From sequence record PP449093.1: DNA of 64,000 nt; one strand, written 5' to 3'. Position 1 is the first letter of the stretch. Every line of letters starts with the position of its first letter. The stretch is from Escherichia coli phage phiS. Made by a program: the position numbers and the translations under genes. Below, one piece after another: positions 51,765 to 60,357 of this stretch. The notes under the pieces were generated by a model. It was not told the origin of the DNA and made no database searches. It saw only the letters and a list, made by a program, of their open reading frames with translations.

Positions 51765-52154
51765 ATGTTTAAATTATCTCAAAGAAGCAAAGATCGGCTT
51801 GTTGGTGTACATCCTGATCTGGTAAAAGTCGTTCATCGTGCGTTAGAACTGACTCCGGTCGATTTTGGTATTACGGAAGGTGTGCGTAGTCTAGAAACGC
51901 AAAAGAAATATGTTGCGGAAGGTAAATCTAAGACTATGAAATCTCGTCATCTTCACGGTTTCGCGGTTGACGTTGTAGCGTATCCGAAAGATAAGGATAC
52001 ATGGAACATGAAATACTACCACATGATCGCGGATGCATTTAAACAAGCTGGTCGAGAATTGGGTGTTCCTGTTATCTGCGGTGTTGATTGGGTTACTTTT
52101 AAAGACGGACCGCATATGGAACTCGATAAAAAGGTATATCCAGACCCGGTATAA
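51765..52154 (+). CDS. M15-family L-alanyl-D-glutamate peptidase (T5-type endolysin-like)
   Basis: Motifs SRHLHGFAVD and DGPHMEL; overall similarity to T5 endolysin as recalled. Confidence 0.75.
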   Translation: MFKLSQRSKDRLVGVHPDLVKVVHRALELTPVDFGITEGVRSLETQKKYVAEGKSKTMKSRHLHGFAVDVVAYPKDKDTWNMKYYHMIADAFKQAGRELGVPVICGVDWVTFKDGPHMELDKKVYPDPV

Positions 52155-52199
52155 CTAAAATCAAGCCAGCTTAATCGCTGGCTTTGTGAGGATTATAAA

Positions 52200-52775
52200 A
52201 TGGCTTTTAAATATTGGGATGAATCCCTACAAAACGAGATAAAACTTAGATATGCTCATATAGAGGGTATCTTATATTATAGAGTCGATAGTAAAGCTAT
52301 CAAAGGACGACCATTAGGGAGTAGATATAAACACGGCGATTTAGTTAAAGTCAGAACAAATAAAGATGGTCATCTTAGATTTTGGCATAGTAGAGATGAC
52401 GGTCTTCCTAGAGTTCATCTATTCGTGCATAGGGTTGTTTGGTTTCTGGAACATGGGACGCAAGTTAGATTAATTGATCATATTGACGGGAATCCTGCTA
52501 ATAACAATCCTCCAAATCTTAGGGAGGCAACCGACGCGCAAAATCAACACAATAGAAAGAAGAAGTCTAAAAAGTTTTCTAGTGTGTATAAGGGTGTTAG
52601 TAAGTGTAACAGGAAGGATTTGCGTAAGAAATGGAGAGCTAGTATAATGGTCAACCTAAAAAGACATGTTCTTGGACAATATGACACAGAAATCGAAGCT
52701 GCAATCGCTTATGATAATGCAGCTAGGAAATTTTATGGAGAATATGCTCTATTGAATTTCCCAGATCCAAAATAA
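52200..52775 (+). CDS. HNH-AP2 homing endonuclease (copy 2)
   Basis: HRVVWFLEHG, IDHIDGN..NN HNH core plus AP2-like C-terminal domain; paralog of 43744..44277. Confidence 0.75.
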   Translation: MAFKYWDESLQNEIKLRYAHIEGILYYRVDSKAIKGRPLGSRYKHGDLVKVRTNKDGHLRFWHSRDDGLPRVHLFVHRVVWFLEHGTQVRLIDHIDGNPANNNPPNLREATDAQNQHNRKKKSKKFSSVYKGVSKCNRKDLRKKWRASIMVNLKRHVLGQYDTEIEAAIAYDNAARKFYGEYALLNFPDPK

Positions 52776-52837
52776 AATATTAACCATCAACGGGGAGACA
52801 ATCTAAGGATCTCTCCCCGTTCACTGGAGACTTTACC

Positions 52838-53323
52838 ATGAATATTGATGTAAAATTAGAAAGTAAAGATTTGATTTATGCTGCGTGTGTATCTGCCGTA
52901 AATGGCATCATAGAACGCCGTAAGCGACGAAATTTTGCTGATGACCTAGATTCCATCGTCTCAATCAATTTAGGCCGTCAAACAGGGCATACAGACGCTA
53001 CAATCAAGCTATATGACCATTATACGCGAAAAGGATATAGTGTCTTTATCGTTTCAACGACGCGGGAACATGCCAAAACGATCCGAGATCGCGGTCGCGG
53101 TGAAAATGTAAATATTTCAAATGTAGATTGTACGTCGATCCGAACTTTCCTGAATCCGATCACATGGCGAGGGCGTAGTCTTGACAAAACAATTTTTATC
53201 CTAGATACTACCATGCGCGGATTTACTGACAGCGTATTGCAGTTTTTAGAAGTAAATCGACTTAGTGTTGGGATGGGTAATGTAGAAGACCAACCTATTT
53301 TCATTGGCTTAGGTATCAACTAA
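52838..53323 (+). CDS. hypothetical protein (161 aa)
   Basis: ORF with GGAGA RBS. Confidence 0.45.
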   Translation: MNIDVKLESKDLIYAACVSAVNGIIERRKRRNFADDLDSIVSINLGRQTGHTDATIKLYDHYTRKGYSVFIVSTTREHAKTIRDRGRGENVNISNVDCTSIRTFLNPITWRGRSLDKTIFILDTTMRGFTDSVLQFLEVNRLSVGMGNVEDQPIFIGLGIN

Positions 53324-53458
53324 TGAAAAATAAAGATAGCGTAGCTCGTCGATTCCGTGCTACAATCAATAAGAATCGTAAAGTCCAACCTGATAAACTC
53401 TATGGTGTTTTGGTTGGTAAAATTAATGACGAACGTCCTGATCTATAAGAGGTGAATT

Positions 53459-53875
53459 ATGGAATTTAAAGCAATTCAAATCATGAAAGGTGAGCATAAA
53501 GGTACTATTATTGGTGGACACTTCGCGCCTATGATTCTGGTATCCGAACCGAAAGCACTGATCGGCGCTAAAGTAATTGTTAGTAAAACTTTCGCAGAAG
53601 ACCATGTGATCACCGCAGAAGACGTCGATTCTCTGGCACTGCACACAACTAGCTTCCGTCCTGTTTATATCGAAGATAGTATTGGTATGAAGCGAGGATC
53701 TCAACATCTCAACGTCAATGTAATGAATCGCGACCTTCTTCTGGATGCGGTAGAGAATCCGGATAAATATCCATCACTAACTGTACGAATTTCAGGCTAT
53801 GCGGTCAGATTTAATGCACTTACGCCGGAACAACAACGAGATATCATTACCCGAACCTTCACGGAAGCAATGTAA
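53459..53875 (+). CDS. autonomous glycyl-radical cofactor (GrcA/YfiD-like; T4 Y06I-type)
   Basis: C-terminal glycyl-radical motif (HLNVNV, TVRISGYAVRFN, LTPEQQRD) near-identical to GrcA. Confidence 0.85.
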   Translation: MEFKAIQIMKGEHKGTIIGGHFAPMILVSEPKALIGAKVIVSKTFAEDHVITAEDVDSLALHTTSFRPVYIEDSIGMKRGSQHLNVNVMNRDLLLDAVENPDKYPSLTVRISGYAVRFNALTPEQQRDIITRTFTEAM

Positions 53876-53882
53876 TTTTTTA

Positions 53883-53915
53883 AGCCAATCCTAAAGGGTT
53901 GGCTTTTTCTTTTTA
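53883..53915 (+). terminator. rho-independent terminator
   Basis: agccaa...ttggct hairpin followed by ttttt c ttttt. Confidence 0.6.
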
Positions 53916-53958
53916 TTGTGATATGATGACAAAACTTAACAACATGGAGATTGACATT

Positions 53959-54486
53959 ATGATTAAAAGATATTGTGACGACCATCCGGTGGAAGAGTGG
54001 AAAGTGATTGAGGATCTTTATCCGTTAACTCATTTTGAGATTAGCTCTCATGGTCGAGTTAGAAATTCTATTACCGGAAAATATTTGTCTATTGTTGAAA
54101 CGAAAGATTATACTAAAGTTTCTTTTAAGCATCGTCCTAGTAAAACGCATAAAACTTTAAACATGCATAGGATGATGGCTGTTGCGTTTATTCCTAATCC
54201 TAATAATTATCGTGTAGTTAACCATAAGGATGGAAACAAGAGAAATTTTGACCTGTACAATCTTGAATGGACTACAGACACGCGAAATCTTGCTCATGCA
54301 AAGGAAGAAGGGTTAAACAAAAATTGGGGAGAGAACCACGGAAACGCAAAACTAACAGATAAGCAAGTGAAAGAGATTTTAGCTTCTCCACATATGAAAG
54401 GTGTAGAGCTTGCAAGAAAATATAATGTTACCCCTGCCACAATTAGCCGTGTCCGAAATGGTAAAGTCCGTAACGTCAAATACTAA
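53959..54486 (+). CDS. HNH homing endonuclease with NUMOD4-like N-terminus and C-terminal HTH
   Basis: HFEISSHGRVRN, NHKDGNKRNF..NLEW HNH core, C-terminal helix-turn-helix; ATG at 53959 follows the terminator (track start lies inside it). Confidence 0.7.
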   Translation: MIKRYCDDHPVEEWKVIEDLYPLTHFEISSHGRVRNSITGKYLSIVETKDYTKVSFKHRPSKTHKTLNMHRMMAVAFIPNPNNYRVVNHKDGNKRNFDLYNLEWTTDTRNLAHAKEEGLNKNWGENHGNAKLTDKQVKEILASPHMKGVELARKYNVTPATISRVRNGKVRNVKY

Positions 54487-54499
54487 TGAGGGTTTAATT

Positions 54500-55198
54500 A
54501 TGCATACAATGGTTAAAATGGTTTTCGGATCTCACTTATACGGCCTTGATACTGAAAATTCCGATAAAGATTATCGTGGTATCTTTGTTCCGACTGCGAA
54601 AGAAATTATCTTAGGATCGATGAAAGAACACTATGACCAAAGCACTAGCGGTCAAGGTATCAAGAACACCAAAGACGATATTGATGTTAATATGTTCAGT
54701 CTAAAACGGTTTATCAATCTGGCATGTAAAGGCGATATCGGCGCTATTGACATGGTGCACGCTCCTAGTAACATGTTGATCGAATCCTCCAGAGAATGGG
54801 AATACATCCGAACACATCGAGATAAATTCTATCATGTTGGTATGTGGGGTTTGTCTGGCTATCTCAAAAAGCAGGTAGCCAAATCTGAAAAGTATTTCAG
54901 TAACTGGAAAGATCTTTCTCATGCTCTGCGTGTTGGTTATCAGCTACTTGAAATCTATCAAACTGGTGATCTACAATTCCCGCTCGCGCGACGTTCTTCT
55001 ATTTTAGCGTGTAAGTTAGGAGAAAGAACCTTTGATAATGTGCGGGAAGAATTGAAAGATCTCTACGAGCGTGTTAAACTCGCGCGTGAAGAGGCAAAGA
55101 AAAACGGTATGCCGGAAGAACCAGATATTGACTTTTGGAAAGATCTATTAGAATATATTCATCTGACAGTTGTTCTGGAACACTATACCCGTGGTTAG
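54500..55198 (+). CDS. nucleotidyltransferase-fold protein (Pol-beta superfamily GS..DxD motif)
   Basis: FGSHLYGLDTENSDKDYRG matches the minimal NTase signature; ATG at 54500 with GAGGG RBS. Confidence 0.45.
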   Translation: MHTMVKMVFGSHLYGLDTENSDKDYRGIFVPTAKEIILGSMKEHYDQSTSGQGIKNTKDDIDVNMFSLKRFINLACKGDIGAIDMVHAPSNMLIESSREWEYIRTHRDKFYHVGMWGLSGYLKKQVAKSEKYFSNWKDLSHALRVGYQLLEIYQTGDLQFPLARRSSILACKLGERTFDNVREELKDLYERVKLAREEAKKNGMPEEPDIDFWKDLLEYIHLTVVLEHYTRG

Positions 55199-55219
55199 TT
55201 AATATAGGAGATTAAGAAA

Positions 55220-55414
55220 ATGCAAGTTTATACCAATAGCAATAAAGGACAAGATATTACGCCCGGAAAGATGTATGATTTTACCCCGGCACGAGACGAC
55301 GAAAATCCACCGACAATCGGGTATATTGAAGATGATGCGGGGTTTCGTATTACAATACTTCTTAAGGATGGATGTTTTCATCTTCGCGGTGATCGTTGGG
55401 AGTTAGTACCATGA
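55220..55414 (+). CDS. small protein, tandem paralog family member A
   Basis: Shares motif with 55411..55656 and 55716..56051. Confidence 0.45.
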   Translation: MQVYTNSNKGQDITPGKMYDFTPARDDENPPTIGYIEDDAGFRITILLKDGCFHLRGDRWELVP

Positions 55415-55656
55415 TGTATGTGATGACACCTTATAGTAACCGCAAGTATATTACACCTAATACACTGTATGAATATACACCACATGAAAGATTTTCGAAT
55501 AGTGGTTATATCCGTGATGATAAGGGACACCAGATTTTTATTTGTCTTAAAAATTGTGCACACTTAGACGGTCGAACCTGGACACTGGTCGAAGAACCAA
55601 AACAACATGAGAATAAAGGTCTTTGGAATGTGCTAAAAAAATTCTTGAAAAAGTAG
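55411..55656 (+). CDS. small protein, tandem paralog family member B
   Basis: ATGA overlap with A. Confidence 0.45.
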   Translation: MMYVMTPYSNRKYITPNTLYEYTPHERFSNSGYIRDDKGHQIFICLKNCAHLDGRTWTLVEEPKQHENKGLWNVLKKFLKK

Positions 55657-55687
55657 TTGACAGCATGAAACGGGGGGGTAGTAATAT
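55657..55687 (+). promoter_or_regulatory. early promoter cassette P6 (TTGACA-19-TAATAT)
   Basis: Same cassette as P2 with two extra G in spacer; conserved leader. Confidence 0.45.
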
Positions 55688-55715
55688 ACCCCCATCGAAA
55701 CAAAGGAGTATTAAA

Positions 55716-56051
55716 ATGAGTGTTAAAGAAGTGTTTGTTTATACCGACTATGACGGGTGCGCCTATCTCACTGCTGGAAAACTTTACCGTTGTGAGATTA
55801 TTCATGGTACGCTAGGTCGAATTATGTGCGATCCGATTACAAAATTGTGGAAAAATAATCCTAGTGAGCGAGAAACTCTTATTAACCTAGATCCAGACGG
55901 TTGTTCACATTTGGACTATAGAAAATGGCATATAGTTACACATGATGCTTATGGTATTCATCTTGCTACTAAAGAATTAACTATTGACAAGTTCAAGTTT
56001 AAAGAAATCCCGTTTGTATACTGGCTTCGCAATTTGTTTAAGAAAGGATAA
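55716..56051 (+). CDS. small protein, tandem paralog family member C (111 aa)
   Basis: Weaker similarity to A and B (LT.GKLY, HLD.R.W). Confidence 0.45.
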   Translation: MSVKEVFVYTDYDGCAYLTAGKLYRCEIIHGTLGRIMCDPITKLWKNNPSERETLINLDPDGCSHLDYRKWHIVTHDAYGIHLATKELTIDKFKFKEIPFVYWLRNLFKKG

Positions 56052-56055
56052 TAAA

Positions 56056-56478
56056 ATGGAAACAATTAACGTACATGTTCGCCGTAGTAAGCTGCGTAGA
56101 TTCTTCGAAACCGAAATGCGCAAAACCAATGCGCAGATCAAAGAAAAGTGCTTGAATGATGGTTACGGTGAGTATATTTTCATTCGCTTTAGTCCGCATA
56201 TGATCGACCGTCTAACCGATCGTCATATCGATGAACATAAGACAATGGAACTATTCAATAAGATAGAAACTCGTTTGCCGGAGATCTTCGACTTCCTGAA
56301 AATGGAAGACCGTCCGAATCGATTAGAAATTACTGACGGTAACATGTGGATCGGGATGACAGTAGATCTAATCGAAGACGGCAAGCCATATCACGGTCTA
56401 TGCTGCCGAATGATTATAGAGAATCCAAAACGACTGGCGGGTAAAATGTCGGCGGTTGTTTTGAAGGTAGACCAATAA
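56056..56478 (+). CDS. hypothetical protein (140 aa)
   Basis: ATG at 56056 with AAAGGA RBS. Confidence 0.45.
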   Translation: METINVHVRRSKLRRFFETEMRKTNAQIKEKCLNDGYGEYIFIRFSPHMIDRLTDRHIDEHKTMELFNKIETRLPEIFDFLKMEDRPNRLEITDGNMWIGMTVDLIEDGKPYHGLCCRMIIENPKRLAGKMSAVVLKVDQ

Positions 56479-56501
56479 TGGAAATTGGTTAAAAATAATG
56501 C

Positions 56502-56530
56502 TTGACTTTCTGGTGATAGGGCTATATTAT
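56502..56530 (+). promoter_or_regulatory. sigma70-type promoter (TTGACT-17-TATTAT)
   Basis: Hexamers 35 nt upstream of the 56565 ATG. Confidence 0.4.
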
Positions 56531-56564
56531 GGAATCAGAAAGTTAAGCCAAACAGGAGAAATTA

Positions 56565-57155
56565 ATGTTAAAAGTTCTAAAAGCGATAGTATTGAGTCTG
56601 TCACTAGCCGTTGGTGCTACACACGCATCGACTAGCGCACCGATCAAAAAAGCGCCGATAGACAACTTTACAGCACACCAACTAGATAATTTACATTTCG
56701 CCTATCAATACGGCGAGCAATTCGAGAAAAGCGGTAAGTTGAAAAAGTACCATCCGAATATTCGCTATAACGGAAAGGGTTTAGGTCACATCCTGGCGGG
56801 TATCGCATGGCAAGAATCAAGCGCGGGTGCAAACTTAGCACCAAAGAAAAATCATCATGCTTATGGATTATTTCAAAATTACCTTAAAACGGTGAAAGCG
56901 AAAAATGCAAAGCGCGGTGTTAAAATGAGTGATCGCCAGACTATCAACTTTATCATGAATCGCGAGGTTTCTGCATTCTACGCGATGGATGAGTTAGCAT
57001 ACTGGCTGGATGTTCGAAACGGTAATATCCGACTCGCGCTAGCTTCTTACAATGCAGGGTGGAACTATAAAGCCGGGTTAGGTTATGCTGATGACGTACT
57101 AAAAAAGGCTAACCATCTAAAGAGTAAAGGCATTCTTAAGACTAAACGCTATTGA
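56565..57155 (+). CDS. secreted lytic transglycosylase (SLT domain) with signal peptide
   Basis: N-terminal signal peptide; SLT motifs AWQESS, YGLFQ, ASYNAG. Confidence 0.7.
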   Translation: MLKVLKAIVLSLSLAVGATHASTSAPIKKAPIDNFTAHQLDNLHFAYQYGEQFEKSGKLKKYHPNIRYNGKGLGHILAGIAWQESSAGANLAPKKNHHAYGLFQNYLKTVKAKNAKRGVKMSDRQTINFIMNREVSAFYAMDELAYWLDVRNGNIRLALASYNAGWNYKAGLGYADDVLKKANHLKSKGILKTKRY

Positions 57156-57162
57156 GGAATAT

Positions 57163-57522
57163 ATGAAAAAGTTGACAATAATTGCTATGATTGCTATGAT
57201 GTTCTCGGCTGGTGCGCTTGCTAGTAATGAGCGCCCTTATCCAAAGTTTGAATACAAAGGATTTGAGATCAACAAAAAGATCATTAAAACTTTCTGTGAT
57301 GATGATAACATGTGTAGTGATTTTATCGCGCTCGAACTTGATGAAGCATACAAACAAGGTAGAGACGAAAAACGAAAAAATCGAGCATGGGATCTGAGTA
57401 TTGCCAGCTTTGCTAAAACAAAACGCAACCTGTGTGATACTGCCCCTGATAAGCAATTATGCTTTGCTTATCGCGACACACTGTTAAGCCGTTTTATGGC
57501 TGGGTTGTCGTCCCGTGACTAA
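57163..57522 (+). CDS. periplasmic protein with signal peptide and 4 Cys (119 aa)
   Basis: Signal peptide MKKLTIIAMIAMMFSAGALA; adjacent to SLT gene. Confidence 0.5.
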   Translation: MKKLTIIAMIAMMFSAGALASNERPYPKFEYKGFEINKKIIKTFCDDDNMCSDFIALELDEAYKQGRDEKRKNRAWDLSIASFAKTKRNLCDTAPDKQLCFAYRDTLLSRFMAGLSSRD

Positions 57523-57537
57523 TGAGAGGTTTATATT

Positions 57538-57993
57538 ATGATTATTGATACTGTAAAGGGCGATCTCATCGCCCTGTTTAAACAAGGAAACGGTCATTTA
57601 ATTCATGGTTGTAATTGTTTTCATACTATGGGCGCTGGTATTGCTGCAAAGATCGCGAAAGAGTTACCGCAAGCGTTAGAGATTGACAAGCAAACTTCTC
57701 GCGGTAAGGTAGAAAAGCTGGGTGGGTTTAGTGTCTGGACGCATCAAGTTAATGGTTATAACTGGTGCGGGGTGAATCTCTATACCCAATTCCGACCGGG
57801 TCCAAATGCTGAATATGGTGCTATCCTGAAAGGATTTGAGACTATCAATGATGTTTTTGAAGGTGCTATACAGCCTTTCTATATTCCTAAAATCGGTTGC
57901 GGTATCGGTGGCCTTGAGTGGGAATGTGTAGAAGAGATCATTAATATTGCTACTCCAGACATTAACATTGTGGTGGTTGAATATGACAAATAA
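57538..57993 (+). CDS. macro-domain protein (ADP-ribose binding/hydrolase fold)
   Basis: N-terminal pattern GDL...LIHGCNCF..MGAGIA and later IGCGIGG resemble the macro-domain Gly-rich loops. Confidence 0.5.
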   Translation: MIIDTVKGDLIALFKQGNGHLIHGCNCFHTMGAGIAAKIAKELPQALEIDKQTSRGKVEKLGGFSVWTHQVNGYNWCGVNLYTQFRPGPNAEYGAILKGFETINDVFEGAIQPFYIPKIGCGIGGLEWECVEEIINIATPDINIVVVEYDK

Positions 57994-58177
57994 AAATGAT
58001 CTATATTCCGGTGATTGGGTGAAACGTCAGTCTGTAGAAAACGTAACTTGTTTTCGTTGTTTCACTGAATACAATATAAAAACCGCTCCTGTTAGTGTTC
58101 CAAAGACAGACGGGTATTATATTAAAGAACCGCATTGCCCTAAATGTAAATGTCGATTATATTGGAGTCATCTATGA
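57983..58177 (+). CDS. zinc-ribbon small protein (CxxC...CxxC)
   Basis: CFRC and CPKCKC pairs; ATG at 57983 overlapping previous gene. Confidence 0.4.
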   Translation: MTNKNDLYSGDWVKRQSVENVTCFRCFTEYNIKTAPVSVPKTDGYYIKEPHCPKCKCRLYWSHL

Positions 58178-58392
58178 AGAAGCCTAATACCGCTCACATG
58201 AAAGAAAACTGCCGATGTGTTAGATGTGGTTGGCCTATTATATTCACTTGCTGTAACGACGATATGCAGCGTTTACCGTGGGGAATGTGGGATTGGTGGA
58301 TGTATTGCAGCAATAAAGGTTGCGACCATCATGAAGGTGAAGGAGTCTTTCAGGAAACACCTGATTGGGTGGAGGTGATAGAAAATGCTTGA
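58174..58392 (+). CDS. Cys/Trp-rich small protein
   Basis: CRCVRCGW, CC, C..GC; ATG at 58174 with GGAG RBS. Confidence 0.4.
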   Translation: MKKPNTAHMKENCRCVRCGWPIIFTCCNDDMQRLPWGMWDWWMYCSNKGCDHHEGEGVFQETPDWVEVIENA

Positions 58393-58678
58393 GACTATCA
58401 TTAATCTTGTTGTGTGGACTTTTATTTTCGTTATTGTTATTATGGCGGGTGTAGAGATTGTAAAACAATATCTATTGCAATCTCGAAATAAACATGTTGT
58501 CGTTGATATGGACTCGCAAGGCAATAAGTTGATCCGGTTAGAAGATGGTCGGGAATATTGGGTCGGGTATCCCAAAACTCTGAAAGGGTTTATCCTTGCC
58601 ATGAGCATTAACATCTTTTTCATTGGTATCTGGACTTATATCGGTTTAGGTCTTGTTGGATTTTTGGAGATTAATTAA
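58385..58678 (+). CDS. membrane protein (97 aa)
   Basis: Two hydrophobic helices. Confidence 0.45.
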   Translation: MLETIINLVVWTFIFVIVIMAGVEIVKQYLLQSRNKHVVVDMDSQGNKLIRLEDGREYWVGYPKTLKGFILAMSINIFFIGIWTYIGLGLVGFLEIN

Positions 58679-59274
58679 TGGCGCAATTATATTTCTACTA
58701 TGCATCTATGAACGCTGGCAAATCAACTTCTCTGTTACAAAGTGCTTATAACTATACCGAACGTGATATGCGAGTATTAATTCTTAAGCCAGCGATTGAT
58801 AATCGAGATTCAGAAAGTGAAGTCGTTTCCCGAATTGGCCTAAGTGCCCCAGCGATCACCTTCACTAAATCGGATGATCTTTTCGATTTGGTTTATCGTG
58901 AATCGTTAGGTAAGCGTAGACCGGATCGATGGCGTCCAGATGCAGTTTTTGTAGACGAAGCCCAATTTATGACTAAAGAGCATGTTTTAGGCTTGTGTGC
59001 GCTTGTTGATGATGCTAATATCCCTGTACTGTGCTATGGCCTTCGCACTGACTTTCAGGGCAATCTATTTGAAGGATCTGCGGCATTAATGGCATTTGCT
59101 GATAAACTGGTCGAAATGAAGGGTATTTGTCATTGTGGCAAGAAAGCGACTATGGTCCTTCGCGTAGATAAAGATGGTAATGTTATTCGCGATGGTGCTC
59201 AAATAGAAGTTGGTGCAGAGGATAAATATGTTTCGGTGTGCCGTAAACATTTTATTGACGGTACTACCAAATAA
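58678..59274 (+). CDS. tk: thymidine kinase
   Basis: P-loop MNAGKST, VDEAQF, GLRTDF, zinc ribbon CHCGKKA...CRKH; similar to T4 Tk. Confidence 0.9.
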   Translation: MAQLYFYYASMNAGKSTSLLQSAYNYTERDMRVLILKPAIDNRDSESEVVSRIGLSAPAITFTKSDDLFDLVYRESLGKRRPDRWRPDAVFVDEAQFMTKEHVLGLCALVDDANIPVLCYGLRTDFQGNLFEGSAALMAFADKLVEMKGICHCGKKATMVLRVDKDGNVIRDGAQIEVGAEDKYVSVCRKHFIDGTTK

Positions 59275-59342
59275 GAGTTAATCATAAATAAAGCCCCGGA
59301 TTATAAATATAACTGAATATTTTCAATCTGGGGGAATGACTT

Positions 59343-59645
59343 ATGTCATTTATTCGTAAAACTCTAACAGCGGCAATATGCTTGACTGCGGTCGGAAGTG
59401 TCAGTGCTGACCAATATGATCCAACTGGTGATTTTACTGATTATTTCGACGGCGCAATGATAGTATATGTAAACAAAATATCTCCTTCCATTGAAACCAG
59501 CCAGAAATTTCATGCCCATATTATGAAGATGTATGCTCGTAGTAAATGTATGGATTCTAGGCAGTGTTTTATTATGGGGGGATATGCCGCACAACAATTT
59601 GTTCTGTTGCATAATATGGAGAATCGAGAACATGAAATTCAGTGA
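59343..59645 (+). CDS. secreted small protein with signal peptide (100 aa)
   Basis: N-terminal signal peptide. Confidence 0.45.
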   Translation: MSFIRKTLTAAICLTAVGSVSADQYDPTGDFTDYFDGAMIVYVNKISPSIETSQKFHAHIMKMYARSKCMDSRQCFIMGGYAAQQFVLLHNMENREHEIQ

Positions 59646-60030
59646 TTTTCTAAAGACTTCCGAAGAGGGAAAGGCTAATAAAGTTGACCGCTTTATCGGT
59701 GAATGTCTGATGAGTGTTACTTATATGCATTCTGCGCATTTTGGGGTAACTGGTCCTGGATCTTATGCAAAACATAAGGCTCTAGAAGAGTTCTATCTTG
59801 AAATGCAAGAATTGGTTGATAATTTCACTGAAACCAATATTGGGATCACTGGTCGTTATCAGCCAAAGTTGGTCGTCCGCAAGGAGATTAGCGAAATTGC
59901 CTATTTGCAAGAGTTAACGCAAATGGCTAGTGAGATTTATAATGATGTTGATAGCTCGTTACAGAGCGTTTTAGACGATATCAAAGCTCTATGCTTTAAA
60001 ACAATTTATAAACTCACTCGACTGGCTTAA
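59632..60030 (+). CDS. hypothetical protein (132 aa)
   Basis: ATG at 59632 overlapping upstream stop. Confidence 0.45.
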   Translation: MKFSDFLKTSEEGKANKVDRFIGECLMSVTYMHSAHFGVTGPGSYAKHKALEEFYLEMQELVDNFTETNIGITGRYQPKLVVRKEISEIAYLQELTQMASEIYNDVDSSLQSVLDDIKALCFKTIYKLTRLA

Positions 60031-60263
60031 TGTTAGCCACTGTGGGATGCATACCAGAAGTAAAAGAATACTAGCATTAACACAACTATTTGGCTTCCTC
60101 ATACTTTCTCGTGTTCAATTACTACCGAATCGGAAGACCCGTCTAAGACGAGGAAGGGTTATCATTGGAAAGGGATGGTGAATTGGTTACTATGTTTAAC
60201 TAGTTTAGCAAAGGTCGATTCAAACACTACTATACAAATGGACGTGAATAAAATATAATCAAA

Positions 60264-60294
60264 AGCCATCCGAAAGGGTGGCTTTTTCGTTTTT
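60264..60294 (+). terminator. rho-independent terminator
   Basis: agccatcc-gaaa-gggtggct hairpin followed by ttttt. Confidence 0.7.
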
Positions 60295-60299
60295 AGGTG

Positions 60300-60328
60300 T
60301 TGACAACCGGAATAGGGTATAGCATAAT
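60300..60328 (+). promoter_or_regulatory. early promoter cassette P7 (TTGACA-17-CATAAT)
   Basis: Conserved leader and ggagaatcaaaATG. Confidence 0.6.
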
Positions 60329-60357
60329 GCACACATCGACAACAAAGGAGAATCAAA

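Noticed and set aside
60031-60357. tRNA gene search in non-coding gaps (also 6180-6592, 8650-9048, 48166-48442)
   Set aside because: No convincing cloverleaf: no GTTCRANYC T-loop with a matching acceptor stem was found by eye; a proper tRNAscan run is still required.
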